Positions 38,963-54,003 of a stretch of 64,000 nucleotides of DNA are shown here, piece after piece. This DNA comes from Octopus vulgaris (Eukaryota), in NCBI GenBank assembly GCA_951406725.2, contig OX597818.1, positions 90,644,001 through 90,708,000 on the forward strand. The letters are read 5' to 3'. The position numbers and the translations under genes were made by a program. How positions within the stretch are numbered: position 1 is the first letter of the stretch; each line of letters opens with the position of its first letter. The notes below the pieces were generated by a model. The model worked only from the letters and a program-made list of their open reading frames with translations. It was not told the origin of the DNA and did not search any database.

Positions 38963-39073
38963 GGTATTATTATTATTATTAGTAGTAGTATTAGTAGTAG
39001 TAGTAGTAGTAGTAGTAATTATAATTTAGTGAAAAATAATTGCAACAACAACCACACTACCAATAACATTAAT

Positions 39074-39141
<68 letters not shown>

Positions 39142-39184
39142 CATGAAAATTTATTTCTGTTTTCCAAATGAAGTGATATATTTT

Positions 39185-40837
39185 AACTGTGTATCACAGC
39201 CATCACTCGCAAAACACGCGTAGAAAAGCTTACCACATTAAGATCCAATCAACATCAGACCATCTCCGTCCCTAACCACCATGCACACAAAATGAAAAAC
39301 AAATTGAATCATACTCGTATTATTCAGCCTAAGAATAACAAACCGGATATGCGTACTTTAAACTTGTTGCCCAAGAAGGTCGAAAAACTACACGTGCAAA
39401 AATCACTTAACTCCAGAAATGAACGGACCGGTACCCTACGAAAATGATGACCATCAAAATAAAAAGGCAGATGTCATTCCTCATGTCCCGCAAATAAAAT
39501 CAAAGAAGCATAAATGGACACATGAGGAATATATTTCAATCCTACACGCTTATTTTACAGCAATGCTCTACCAACAGAACGAAAATACAACATATACATA
39601 TGTACAATCTGGAAGAAACATTACCTAGATAAAGATTTGGATACAGCATTGAACCCTAATAAACTCGCTAACATACGGAGGTATATCCTCAAAACAAAAA
39701 ACAAAAATATCAGAAATAGAAGTACAACATTGAAAAGGAAAATACAACACTTAAAAGGGAAAACGTAGATAGTAACCACACAGCGATGCCAAATAAAATC
39801 TTAAGCACTGGAACTGTAAAATACGAAGACTGACGTAACATTTCCAACAAAAATGAAGTAAATATCGAAGGACAACAAACTCAGACTTAGGGATGTACAA
39901 TGATGAGCAAAATGCACCAAACCAGAACACCATAGACAAAAATATGAACGGGGGCGGGGGATGCGAAACAAATCTAAAAAGCTGGTAACAGTGAAGGTGA
40001 AACTAATGATTTTGGTACTCTAAAACTGAGCATAATCAAAGAATTGAATACCACAGATCAAAGTATGGATCACCGATTGTACCCCCCAAAATTAAAATTG
40101 ATAATAAAACATCAATAATAAATAACATGAACCCGCTCGTCACAGAACTAATACCCACAGAAACAAATGTTAATATGACCAGGTTAAATGATATAATACA
40201 TGCAGCGACCTCTGTGGCCACAAAAGTAGCTGGATACCCACTAAAACCCATTGAAGTAGAAGCATCACCATGCAAACAAACCCTGTGGATAAATAATATC
40301 CAGAAAAAAGATCATAACTGAAACTAGTAGACAATCAAAATTACTAAGCAACAAGCCAAGAAGAAAAATACTACGTAAATACAAAATTACAGAACAAGGT
40401 ATACCTGAAGTAAAAGAACAGCTAAAGCACGATATCCTCGCAAAGGCACAAAGAATCTGCCGGTATGAGAAACGCTAATGTTTCTTTGAACAAAAAAGAA
40501 ACAAACAGTGTCAGGAGATCAGCATATCATCATAAAAGAAAGAGAAAATTGATAAATATGGAGACCTGAGAATTCAGATCGCTCAAATGTGGCTGCAACG
40601 AGAGTCAAACATAAAGGTTATCCCTACTGTCATCGGAGTATTGGGTTCAATACCAACCAATCTGAAAAAAAAGCATCTGAAAACTTTAGAAATATCCAAC
40701 AATCTAGGTGTATTGCAAAAGTCGGCATTACTTGGAACTGCACGCATATTGTGTAAAGTACTGTCTGTCTGTGGTCCTTGTTGTGACTTGACAAATAGAT
40801 ACGATATATTCAATCAACATCACCATATTGTATACTG
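39185..40837 (+). mobile_element. Dong/R4-clade non-LTR element, internally deleted
   Basis: N-terminal KHKWTHEEY.. region joined at ~40505 to EKIDKYGDL...MW...KVIPTVIGVLGSI...LQKSALLGTARIL (end of the restriction-like endonuclease); bounded by (TAA)n. Confidence 0.8.
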
Positions 40838-41038
<201 letters not shown>

Positions 41039-41142
41039 TGTAATAATAATAAACATCATCTTTGCCATGTTCACCCTAAGTATTATATCAGTGTTATATT
41101 GGTATTATAATGATGTGTTTTTCTTTATTATATTTTATTTAG

Positions 41143-41307
41143 TTGACTGTGTGCGACATGATGTGTTTCTGTATCCTTGAGAATCCACTACGTGAAGAAC
41201 TATCATTGCTGAACAGCTACCCGAAACTGCGAGCTCTACGTGATCGCGTTGCATCTCACTCGAAGATTTCGAACTACATCAGGCAACGTACTATGACTGA
41301 TTTTTAA
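41143..41307 (+). CDS. S-crystallin exon 7 (to stop)
   Basis: Acceptor tattttatttag; [54 protein letters not shown]; N-capping box TxxD, YPKL and terminal xDF typical of sigma GST/S-crystallin. Confidence 0.97.
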   Translation: MTVCDMMCFCILENPLREELSLLNSYPKLRALRDRVASHSKISNYIRQRTMTDF

Positions 41308-41638
41308 GATGATCTTCACAGTAGCCTACAAAACCTCAAACTGGAATTTGGATATGAAAATAGATGTAGAGAAATTATGTAGTAAAGCGACATCACAATA
41401 AAGAGAGAAACCTGAAGTTGTATGAAAACAACAAAAGCTAAACAAAAACTGTTTACGATTTTAATATAAATGTATCAAGAAGAGAAAGAAATACCCAGCC
41501 TAAATATTGTAATATTCTGCAGTCCTTGACTTTGCAAAGATGTTATTATTTAGTGCAGCCATCTTGGTAAGAAACCGGAGAATTTCATTGGTTGCAATTT
41601 AGTTCTATATTGTATTATGTACTTATGACAGAAAGAGT

Positions 41639-41644
41639 AATAAA
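41639..41644 (+). promoter_or_regulatory. Candidate polyadenylation signal of the S-crystallin gene
   Basis: AATAAA followed ~22 nt later by GU-rich ttgttgttatatgtcatgt; a more proximal AATAAA lies at 41397-41402. Confidence 0.55.
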
Positions 41645-42063
41645 TAGTGTATAACAGAGCATAAAATTGTTGTTATATGTCATGTCCACAGATGGCCCTC
41701 ATAGAGTAATAGTAATAATCTCAAATTTTGGTACATAGCCAACAATTGTAGGGAGAATGGTTAGTTGATTTCGCACGCCGAGCGTAAAAGCATTTTGCCC
41801 GGTGTGCTAACGATTCCAACAGCTCGCCACCTTGATAATTGTTTGTTCCTTCTCGAGCAATGCCTGGCCCATAAGGGCCAGTTTCATTGGCGTAAAGGTT
41901 CCCCACCTGGACCGTCGCAGGTGAGCTACAAGATGCAGGGAGGGAAGAGTGAGAGAAACTTGTGGCGAAAAAGTCAGCAGAAGTTCGCCATTACCTTCTT
42001 CCGGAGCCGGGTGGAGCTTAGGTGTTTCGCTCATAAACACAGACATCGCCCCGATAGTAGTAT

Positions 42064-42183
<120 letters not shown>

Positions 42184-42404
42184 TTTCTACTAAAGGCACA
42201 AGTCCTGAAACCTGTGAGAAGGTGGTAAATTGATCACATCGACCACAGTACTTGACTGGTATTTAATTTATCGACCCTGAAAGGATGAAAGGCAACGTCA
42301 AACTCGACAGGATTTGAACTCAGAATTTGAACCTGGTGTACTAACAATCTTGCTAGTTCACCGTCTTGATAACAGTAATAATAATGATAATAATAATGAT
42401 GATG

Positions 42405-42556
<152 letters not shown>

Positions 42557-42938
42557 GCATAGACAACATGATATACGATGAAAGGAGAGATATGGTTAAA
42601 TATGGTTAAATGAAAAAAGAAAGAAGCAAAACCTGAAGCATTTCATTTACACGCTTTATAAGTTTTGTCCTTGTGTCACATATTGAGAGGAAATTACTTT
42701 TTGAAATAGTATTCTTGAACTTGTTTCAGTTTCAGTAAATATCTATATGTAATGTAGTGCATTGTCGAACTAGGAATTAGTCAAGAATGTTAGTGGGTAG
42801 AGAGAATATATTTACAATCAGCTCTACGTAGGGCTCCTTTCTTTTATGCAATGCAGGTTTAACAGAAAGATTCCAGTTGTACTTACTGAAATGTAACGAA
42901 TCTATTCCGTTGAAGTGACTGCAAAATATACGCAAGCA

Positions 42939-43156
42939 TACTCTTACTCTTTTACTCTTTTACTTGTTTCAGTCATTTGACTGTGGCCATGCAGGAGCAC
43001 CGCCTTTAGTCGAGCAAATCAACCCCACGACTTATTCTTTGTAAGCCCAATACTTATTCTATCGGTATCTTTTACTGAACCGCTAAGTTACGGGGACGTA
43101 AACAAAACAGCATCGGTTGTCAAGCGATGTTGGGAGGGACAACCACAAACACATAA

Positions 43157-43229
<73 letters not shown>

Positions 43230-43400
43230 AATACGGCGAGCTTCTTTCAGTTTCCGTCTACCAAATCCATTCACAAGGCTTTGGTCGGCCCGAGGCTATA
43301 GTAGACGACACTTGCCCAAGGTGCCATGCAGTGGGAATGAACTCGGAACCATGTGGCTGGTAAGCAAGCTACTTATCACACAGCCGCTCCTGCGCCTATA
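42939..43400 (-). mobile_element. Full-length tRNA-SINE (21514 family)
   Basis: Same head GGCGCAGGAGCGGCTGTGTG, same body and (GAGTAAAA)n tail. Confidence 0.85.
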
Positions 43401-44085
43401 AGAACTCACAGTAACTACATATAAGGACTCACAGAAACACACTCCATCCCCATACACACACATGTATATATATAAAATATGAGGGATTTAGTTCACTGAT
43501 AATCTAAACCAATAAATACGCTGCGTAATTGCTATAATTGGTCGTCCGTAAGGTTCTAAGTTCACAGCTGTGGCTGGAGCTAGGGATCCGTAGTAGGCTT
43601 GAAAGTCAGCGGGTATATATCAAAGGAAAAGGAAATCAAAACCAAGGCAGGATGAGCGTTTCAGATAATTTAGAATATTTAATTAAAGTAAAGGTGAATT
43701 AATAAAAAAGTAGATTTTGAATCAAGTAATTCTACTTCTCCTACTTTGATTCACCTTTACTCTAATTAAATATTCTAAATGACCTGAAACGCTCGTTCTA
43801 CCTTGGTTTTGTTTCCCTTTTCCTTTAATATATATATATAATCATATATATAATCCTTCTTTTTGAACGTTCAATCTCGAAGCAAATAAAGCTATGAATA
43901 ATAGCGTGAAAACACTGGTTTAAGAATACAATGCGTCTCGAACCTACATCTCCTGTAAAACTAACAGGCGTCTTGAATCTCTCCATCCATTTTAGAAACT
44001 ATTCTTACCAGCGAGAATAGTACGTAGTTGAAGTTATATGAAACACACACACAACACACATACACACACACGCACATACACACAC

Positions 44086-44159
<74 letters not shown>

Positions 44160-45901
44160 CATATACGTATGTACATGCGCACATACATATATTCAGATGA
44201 CATAGACGTTTGGAAAATACTTCACAATGGAAGCAGTGGTGGTTATTAATCCATTTGAATCTGAGGAATCACTAAGTCATTGGAAGTACACTCTTCTCTT
44301 TTTCTCAGCTGTAAATCGATATAATTTACGATACTTTTTATAGTTTGCTGATCCTGTGTTTGCGAAAGAAATGAATTTTTAGAAAATGTCTGTGAAGTTG
44401 ACAAAACTAGAGAATAGAAGTAATGCTTGTCCTTTAACCTTGTATCCTGCCTGTGTTGATGTAACGATCACAAAGATTGCTCAGCATCGATTTATTTGAC
44501 TATTGGTCTCCCATCAAATGCTGTGTCGTCGTGCTTATGTGTGAAATAATTAAATTTTTCCAAAGTAGAAATATATCTAAAAATAAAGAGGTATCGTAAT
44601 TTAATATTCTCTTTTATAGCAGAGCAGCGATTTTGACTGGAGTCACAGAGAAGATGATAGCGTATTGTATATTACAGAATTTATAGCCGCCAGTTTATGA
44701 GTTGTAATTCCTCCTGGGATATGTTTGCATTTTATAGCCTCTGTGATTAAATAAAATAAGCTGACTTTTATTCTGTGTAGATTAAATGCACTATACAATT
44801 GTGAAAAATAGCTAGCTTAATATATTCTTATATATTAGAAGATCGGAAGCGTTGAAAACAATTTGTCAATAGTTTATATTTAGGCATAAAATGTATAAAG
44901 AACAACTGGCTGTTCCACGAAATATCACTACAATTAAAACAGATTTTTGGAAGGTAGTGGTTCCATTTGATAGTCAGAAATATAATTCATGAGAATGCAA
45001 AGGCACAGTATTTTGTCAATGGAGTGTTCCGATAATAAAATATTCAGAACTTTGTCATTTCATTACTCCTATCATTAAATATATTATCTTGGTTATATTG
45101 ACGAAGCAATAGGCTTTATACTTTTAAAAGAAGTAAAATGTTGTAGCGATGTACATATACTTCGCAAAGTTAATGAGCGGAAAGTGCTTACCGAAAGAGA
45201 ATATATATGACTGTATTGTGCATATTAGATGCTCTTAAAATATAGATTTCATTTGAATACACGTACAATTGAATGCTTTGAGCGTGAAAATCCAGATAAA
45301 GCAAAACTTTATCTGTTCATAAAAAAAAACAAACTAAAATCACAATATCATTATCAGCAATATTAGTAGATTTCGAAATTTGGATAAGTAAACAAACAAA
45401 ATTGAAATTACACAACTCATCTTTTACTTCTTACTCGTTTCAGTCAGTGGACTGCGTCCATGCTGGGGCAATACCTTGAATGGTTTAGTCGAAGTCGCCC
45501 TCAGTACTTATTCTTTCCTCTGTCTGTTACTAATGTCGAACCCTCAAATTATAGGGAAGTAAACAAACCAACGCTGGTTGTCAAGCGTTAATAGGTAACA
45601 AACGCAAATACATATGCACACATATTCTTCCATAAATGCATGCACTAGTACATGTATACGCATATATATATAAAATATATATAATAAAATAAATAAATGC
45701 GCCCTTTTAAAGCCTAGCCAGGCTCATGGGCCCGATTTAGCGTTACTAATTTTTGCCAGCTGAATGTACTGGAGCAACGTGAAAGAGCACAACGCGTCGC
45801 CCCGTCTAGGAATCAAAACCACAATCTCACGATCATGGTGCTGACACCCGAACCACTAAGCCACGCGCCTCCACGCACACATACATACATACATACATAC
45901 A

Positions 45902-45974
<73 letters not shown>

Positions 45975-46799
45975 CATACCTATATAGAGTGTTTGGGAAA
46001 TTCCTTGATACAGTTATAATATTTGGAGAGAAAGTCGAAAGACACTAAACTTATGGAAAAGATTTCACAAAATGTGCATCGGCTTTGCTTTTATAGATGT
46101 GCAAGCGCTTTCAGTTCTTAACGTTTTCAAGCACGATGCACACAGACACACAAATATATATATATATATATACAGAGAGAGAGAGGGAGACCATAAAGTG
46201 ACACGAGTTAAACAGCGTTCGACTGGTAGTAGCGAGCATGATCAAAGTGAAATACGGACACAACTCGAACATAACTATGTTGTTGCACATGCCACAGATT
46301 GTCACACACACGCAGTCACGTGTTCGCGCGTGCACACACACATACACACATACACACACATACACACATACACATACACATACACACACATACACATACA
46401 CACATACACACACATACACACATACACACACATGCACGAACACAATTACACACATGCATGAACGCGTACATATACCGATCAACCAGCGTCAAGAAATGAA
46501 ACTGAAAGGCTTGGTGGACCCTAGTTTTGTATTCAAAATTCATGTTTGATAATATTTTTATTCTTGACGTGAGCTACGATCAGGTAGAATATAGTGTTCT
46601 ATCAACATAGGTGCAGATGTAGCAGTGTGATAAGAAGTTTACTTTTCAACTACATGGTTCGAGGTTCAGTCCCAGTAAACAGCACTTTAGGCATGTGTCC
46701 TCTACTATAGAGCGGTGCCGAAAAACGCCTTGTAAGTGGATTCAATAGACGGAAACTTATGATTTTCAATTTATTAGTATTGTTGCTTAATATGTTGGG

Positions 46800-47829
46800 C
46801 TAAAATCTTTTCAGATATCATCAGCAAAGATGTAATTGAAATTCATTAAAATGACAGATCTACCGGATTTTCAAAGGTATCAAATTGTTGGTGCTCGTAT
46901 GGTAGGTGCTAGCGTAAGAAAAACAGCTGAAATGTTCGATGCATCAAGAAGTACTATCTCGAAAGTAATGCCAGCCTTTGAGAAAGAGGGAAAGACCTCC
47001 TCATCGAAACAAAATTCAGGAAGAAAACCAAAACTTTCAGATAGGGATCATCGGACTCCTACATGAATTGTTAGAAACGATCACAAAAGTACAGCTCCCA
47101 AAATTACTGCAGAGCTTAATGACCACCTCGGGAACACAGTTTCCACAAAAAACTATTCGTCGGGAGCTGCACAAAACCAGATTTCACGGGAGAGCTGCAA
47201 TCAGAAAATCACTACTTTCAAAAACAAACGTTGCAAACCATTTAGATTGGAGTAAAAACCTACAGAATTGGTTCTTCGAGCAGTTGAAGAATGTTACTTT
47301 CTCGGACGAGTCATCAATTACCTTATTTCCAATCACCGGCCGAGTATACATGTGGAGAAAGCTAAAAGAGGCATTTGACCCTTCTTCCAACGGTTAAACA
47401 TGGAGAAGGATCTCTGATGATCTTAGGAACGATATCTCGTAAATCCGCCGGTCCAATAGTTTCCCTTCATGGCAGAATTAATAGTCAAGACTATTTAAGC
47501 ATTTTAACTGATCAAATTCATCATATGGTTGCAGAGCTGTTTCCGGAGGAAAACACAATCTTGTTACTGAATGGCACGAGGAACTTTCAATATTATTGAA
47601 CATTTAGGGTGCATTTTAGAAAAGAACAAGCAAGGTGTCGATATCCTCCACAAGAACTGGAGACTTTTTAAGCTGAAGAATGGACAAAATTTCTTTTGGA
47701 AACAGTTCAAACTTTGTACGAGTCCATAGGATTCAAGCTGAAATTACTGCCAAAGTCGGTCATATCCCATATTAAAATAAATTTATTTGAAATTTTAAGG
47801 TGTTTCCATTATTTTGTACAACTTATGTA
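46800..47829 (+). mobile_element. Tc1-like transposon with transposase pseudogene
   Basis: MTDLPDFQRYQIVGARMVGASV...SGRKPKLSDRD (HTH, GRPR-like), TIRRELHK, VTFSDES, PTVKHGEGSLMILG; stops and frameshifts; right end gtttccattattttgtacaacttatg-TA. Confidence 0.92.
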
Positions 47830-48870
47830 TGTATGTATGTATGTATGTATGTATGTATGTATGTATGTATGTATGTATGTATGTATGTATGTATGTAGGT
47901 ATGTATGTATGTATTATGTATGTATGTATGTATGTACGTATGTATGTATGTATGTATGTATGTATGTACGTATGTATATATGTATGTACGAGTTTGTGTC
48001 TTCCTGTTTGTGTTTGTCCCGTACCACTGCTTGAAAACAGTTGTTGGTTTGTTTACGTACTCGTAACTTGGCAGTTCAGCAAAATAAGACCGATGAAATA
48101 AATTCCAGACTTTGAAAAAGTAAGTACTGAGCCTGATTTGTTCGAATAAACCCTTAAAGGCGGTGCTCAAGCTTGGTCGTAGTCTAATGAGTGAAACTAG
48201 TAAATGACAGTAGATACAAACTAAAAACCAGCAACCGATTTGAACCGTTGACTAACTACGATGTAATTTAACACGCTACCAATTCAGATACCTCACATCT
48301 GATGTAAATACAACAAAGGTAGTAAATGCTTGCATTGCTCTATTTTAAGCATTATTGAATATACGAATATGCTATGATGATTTGAAAATGTAAACCTACT
48401 TCGATGCCCGGTTGCAGAGTTTGACGCTATGGATAACTATATGATGCTATGATTGGCACTCAACGGAAGTTAATTGTGTGGAAGCAAGGATGTAATAAAG
48501 GTTGAAAATCAAGTGTACTCCGGTAAGGAATAGCTCCCGATCAGCAGAGATATCGATGTATTTGTAATACCAATAAGAAATCCAATCATATCTGCTTAGA
48601 TCACGAATTGAACGAGAAAAGGTATGACTGTCACAGCATCTAATTACATTTCAAAGCGTTCTAATAGTAAAGCATTGACGTCTTTTTAAAAAAATAACTG
48701 GATGGAAACTAACGGGAACGCCTGCTGCGTGAGACAGTATAATAAAATGGTTGCAAAATTACTTCTTAATGAAATGAAATATATTAATTTATCAATAAAA
48801 ATTAAAAAAACACGAAACTTAAATTAAAAATTGAATGTATTTGAGAGTGCCTGATACTTGCTTGCATGTT

Positions 48871-49800
48871 GACAAATTTCAGTGTTTCGGTCTAATAAGA
48901 TCTCATCAGCAAATTCTAGCTTAACCGGTACTGCCAGATCTTATATGGCTGTAGAAGTATGTAGGAATTTATGCAGAGACATATCACTGAAATACACGAA
49001 ATGATTAGTCATCAAGATTTGATTCTTACTCCACCCCCACCCAAATGTGTAAACAATAATTTCATTGTCGTATGAAGAACATTGGATAATATTTAACTAC
49101 TTACATGCCAAACGTGATATTTTAGATGTTTTCATTATGATATCTGCAAAGATCACAAAGTAAGGGAGGTGGAACTGTAGTGTTAGTGAAAAGGAAATAT
49201 ATCGGGTGAGAAATAAACTTTTGAAATTCTTCAATAAATATCGATGCTAGAATTCACTAATTCCCATCGTTTGCTCAAAATTGCAGAAGGTGATAACAGA
49301 GAACTATACTTCTTCAAGCGTCAAAACCACACCATCAGGAAACATTGATGCTGGACAAGCGTGCCTACGGCGGATTAAGCGATTATATAATTGCCAATAT
49401 TGTCATTCTTTAAACACCAAATATATATACAGTTAATCGTGCTATCTTCTTTGCATTAAAGACCTGTTAAAATCTTTCATGCAAATAACAATGCTAAGTA
49501 ATAAGCTTATAAGATAACGCTATAAAATGATGCATAGTATTGAGAGGGCAAAAATTAAGATTAGAGCAAGTAATTTGAAGATAACAGATTTGTTTACCTG
49601 CACACGAAAATTTAATTCCGATTACTTGACTACAGAAGTTACGACAGTTTTTGTACAACTCAAGGCCATGCCTATTTGTATGGTTTAGCTAATGATAATC
49701 TCTATACAATAGACTCCATATTTAATGCAACCGTCTTTTTGTCCCTCATTGTAATAATGAAAATTACAGTTAACCGATTCCATTTCCAAAGATAAGCTGG
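48871..49800 (-). mobile_element. Decayed Penelope-like element: GIY-YIG C-terminus with downstream hammerhead remnant
   Basis: Minus translations TCSNLNFCPLN (~49540-49570), STINCIYIWCLKNDNI (49396-49443), LSKRWELVN (49252-49278); CTGATGA-gatcttattagacc-GAAAC at 48884-48909. Confidence 0.65.
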
Positions 49801-50411
49801 ATGTAACTTTACTAATATTGGTTTCAAATTTTTATTCGGTATATGAACAATTCTGCCAGCTCGCCGCCTTTGATTTTACTATTATCATTAAGTAAATATA
49901 TATTAGAGATGGAGGTTGAAATTAAAATATATATTCTGTAATTTCTAATTATATTTATCATAAGGACTGTACTTACCGGTACTCAACTTGCAAGTTGTGT
50001 CTATGACATTTATTATACTTGTATTGATATGTACTGTTAAATTCATTTGATATATTGATGAACAACTTCCGAAGAGCATCCGGTATGCGAGGTTTCATAC
50101 GTCAAATAATTAACGAATCTATCATCATAGCGAAATCATAAATCTGCATTGGATGATAGTTTTTACTGATATAAATCTTGTTAATTCACTCTTAACAATT
50201 TACACCTCTCAACTTCATCGAATGACTCTCTGACTACGACAAGCAATTTCTAGCCATCACATTCTATCTAAAAAGCACTGCTGTCAGTTAGTAACACATT
50301 TCAAACGTACATGATAGTATTACTATTAGAATTACTTTACATTGAGCATATGGAATAAAACTGCTACCAATTCTGAAACATTTTCAAGAGGAGATTTATT
50401 TATAGCATTAG

Positions 50412-50690
50412 CGTTATGGAGATGTACTTGCATAGCAAGTGACCTGATCTGAGATCGTGTGCTGGAACGAAAACAATTGCAGCGTGGAAGTTGTTTATAA
50501 GCCATTTAAGAAACACACAAAAACCGTTAGAGTCACTTCAACATTTAAATTTAATTTGTCAAAATATTTTCGTCGCTTTGAGCCCGCGACCTGTTCACTT
50601 GCAAAATTCCGTGCTGCATCTCAGCTGAGATGCAGCAAATTAAATTTAAATGTTGAAGTGAATCTAACGGCTTTTGTGTTTTTCTTAAAT
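50412..50690 (-). repeat. Dispersed repeat, reverse copy of the 5100-5304 / 6250-6457 segment
   Basis: ggagatgtacttgcatagcaagtgacctgatctgagatcgtgtgct...aaatattttcgtcgctttgag is the reverse complement of the copies in the tandem duplication. Confidence 0.85.
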
Positions 50691-51679
50691 AGCATTATGT
50701 TATACTGAAAGTAATTTATTTTAAAAAGAGCTTACTTTTCGAGGAGAGAGCCCTAAAAGTATCATATGTTACCTTATAATATTATCGTCATTTACAGAGT
50801 CATAGTTTCTTTACATTGAGCATTTCTGGTAAATTTTATACCATACATTTGTATTGACACCAACAGTTCTAAAGTGGCTGACTAAAAACGTAAATATACC
50901 TTTATTTCAAGAGCGGCTGGGGAATGGTATAAGCACCGAAACGACCAAATACGATGTACCTAGTGATAAATACTCCATATTTGTCTTGTATAATACGTGT
51001 TAGGGTTATAATTTATATTTTTGTATAATTCGCTCCGACATGAATTCATATCTTCGATTTTTGCAGTCTCAGGGATCTTATGTATAGATGTTATTGCAGT
51101 TCAAGTACACCTGTTAATGGGTATCTACTTATGTGCTTTAAAAATGTATGTATGTATGTGTGTATGCATGCAAGTATGTATGATTGTTTGTATACACCAG
51201 TGAGTGGAAAACGAAATGGGTGATACTCAACGCGTTTCGTAAAGATAATACCAGTTTGTCACAACTATGTATTACTTCGTTGGTGCATTGGAAGCGTCAA
51301 TCTCATCAAAAGCATGCGCCCTACGCAACCACAAAACAAATATAAATCTGGCAATCTGTCGGTTACGAATACGAGGGTTACAATTGATCCGATCAACGGA
51401 ACAGCTTACACGCGAAATTCACGTACAAGTGGCTGAGCACTCCATAGACACATGTTACCTTAACGTAACTCTCAAGGAGATTCAGCTTGACGCAGATTGT
51501 GACAAGGCTGGCCCTTTGAAATACAGGTACTACCTATTTTTTACCAGTTGTATCACGTACTAGACCAACGTGATACAAATTGTCTTGCTCAAGGACACAA
51601 CGTGTCACCAGGAATTGAACTCAGGAACTCACGTTCCTAAGCCGATATCCTATCCACTAAGTCACACGTCTTCACAAAA

Positions 51680-51734
<55 letters not shown>

Positions 51735-51916
51735 ATACTAAGTAATTAAGGGTTTAGCAACGATTTGCCTCACCACACACCGAATTTAGAAATAGCAGTC
51801 AAAAGAGTTTTGGCTATTCTTTCTACTTAAAAGGGAGATCCCAGTAAAACCATAGCACTTAAAAGGCAAACAACGCAGGCAAAAGAGAAAGAAATGACGA
51901 TAATCATTCTACATTA

Positions 51917-52015
51917 AGTCACCTACGGACGTACGTTTCGGAATTAAGCCATAGGAAAGCATAAAAATTAAATAATTAGGTCTTACCTAACTATTTTCCT
52001 CCTCAGCGTAGGACT
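51917..52015 (-). ncRNA. Type I hammerhead ribozyme, apparently intact
   Basis: Minus strand: agt-cctacg CTGAGGA ggaa[52 nt]ttcc GAAAC gtac GTC cgtagg-tg-act; all core nucleotides present, stems I, II and III pair, GUC cleavage triplet. Confidence 0.8.
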
Positions 52016-52163
52016 CTACAATTATAAATAATTGCGTCTCAATCATTAATAATTGTGTATTAAATTTGAAGGCACTAGAAGACATCACCTCAACTCATGG
52101 TATCAGAACGAGCGTAAGCCATTACCAGTACCACCAAATTCAAAGGGTAAATGAAAGTATATA

Positions 52164-52213
<50 letters not shown>

Positions 52214-52910
52214 GTGGTAGTAGGGTTGTGTATGTGCGTGCGTGTCTGTGTGTGAGTGCGCGTGTTTGAGTGTATGTATGTATATGAGTATGTATGTGTG
52301 AGTGCGTGTATTTGTGTGTGTGTGTGTGAATGTGTGTGCGTGTGTGTGAGTGTACAGAAAGTGTTTGAAGTGGTGTACATATATTGTATATTAATAAAAA
52401 GGGGGCAGTCAGAAAGCGGTAATAAAGAATTATCTACAATTCTGACTACCTCTCTTTTGATAATATACACACGCACACACACTGACACACACACACAGAC
52501 TTGCATACAGAGACACACACACACGCACACGCGCGCGCACCACTGCCCCCATATATATATATATATATATACATTTATGTATTTGTTTCCGCTTTATTAT
52601 TATTGTTTCAGTTTCTTTGTCGAAGCTCTTTCGTCACTCAACCTGTGATCTCTTCCTCGGCTCTCTAACCCATGCGTCTCCTCTTTTTCTGTTGATTCTG
52701 TTTTGTCTTTAATTGGAAAAAATATTACCATCCCTATACACACACAAATACATATAGCAGATATATTATTATGTACATTGCACAAATACACACAATGACT
52801 CACTAACACACATATACAATCTCTCTCAGTCTGTATGTCTGTTTGTCTCTGTCTCTGTTTGTCAGTTCTCTCTCTCACTCAATCTCTCTCTCTCTATCTA
52901 TCTATCTATG

Positions 52911-52987
<77 letters not shown>

Positions 52988-53599
52988 CCCTCTCTTTCTA
53001 TCAGACTTACACGTTTACTTCCAAATGCTTCTGTAACAGAATTTATGCCAAATTGGTTTCGTTGAGGATTGAAATTGCAATCGCATCGGCAGCGTGTTCT
53101 AACAGGATTTTAACAAATGGATGGTTCTGCACCAAACAAAACATTACAAGTTATTGCTTTTGTCCACAAAAGCATTTACACTTCACTCTTGATAATTGTA
53201 ATCATAAATACGTATAACAGCTTCTTAGATATTGATAAACATATACACATACATATATATATGCACTCAAGCGTACATACACGCATACACACACGTGTAT
53301 TTGTATGTGTGTGTATGAGCGTAGGTTCTTCTGTTTCGACTAACATCTAAAACTTATAATAGTTTATTTCATACAACATATAAAGAATGTAACAAAACTT
53401 TGTACTTCTTTTTCTATTCATCGAATTTTTAACAAATTCAGCTAGGACAATTGGCTGTGAACATTCTTTCAGAATAATATTTGTGCTAACCCCTTTCACA
53501 CAAAGTATCAATACAATATCCGTATAAATATTGAACTTGACCTATCGAATTTCAATCCTTCAAAGGAGAAAAATCAATACAAATAGTGGACAAATTTTA

Positions 53600-53743
<144 letters not shown>

Positions 53744-53760
53744 GTGTATAAAGATAAAAC

Positions 53761-53791
<31 letters not shown>

Positions 53792-53847
53792 CCTAAATAT
53801 TTATATTTAGGCTCTCTCTCTTAATATGTACATTATATATATAAGTA

Positions 53848-54003
<156 letters not shown>

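Noticed and set aside
52796-53065. Second TGACTCA and ATG CCA AAT (MPN...) suggesting another S-crystallin start
   Set aside because: The frame stops after MPNWFR, and no RGRAE motif or further crystallin exons were seen; no paralog is detectable in this window.
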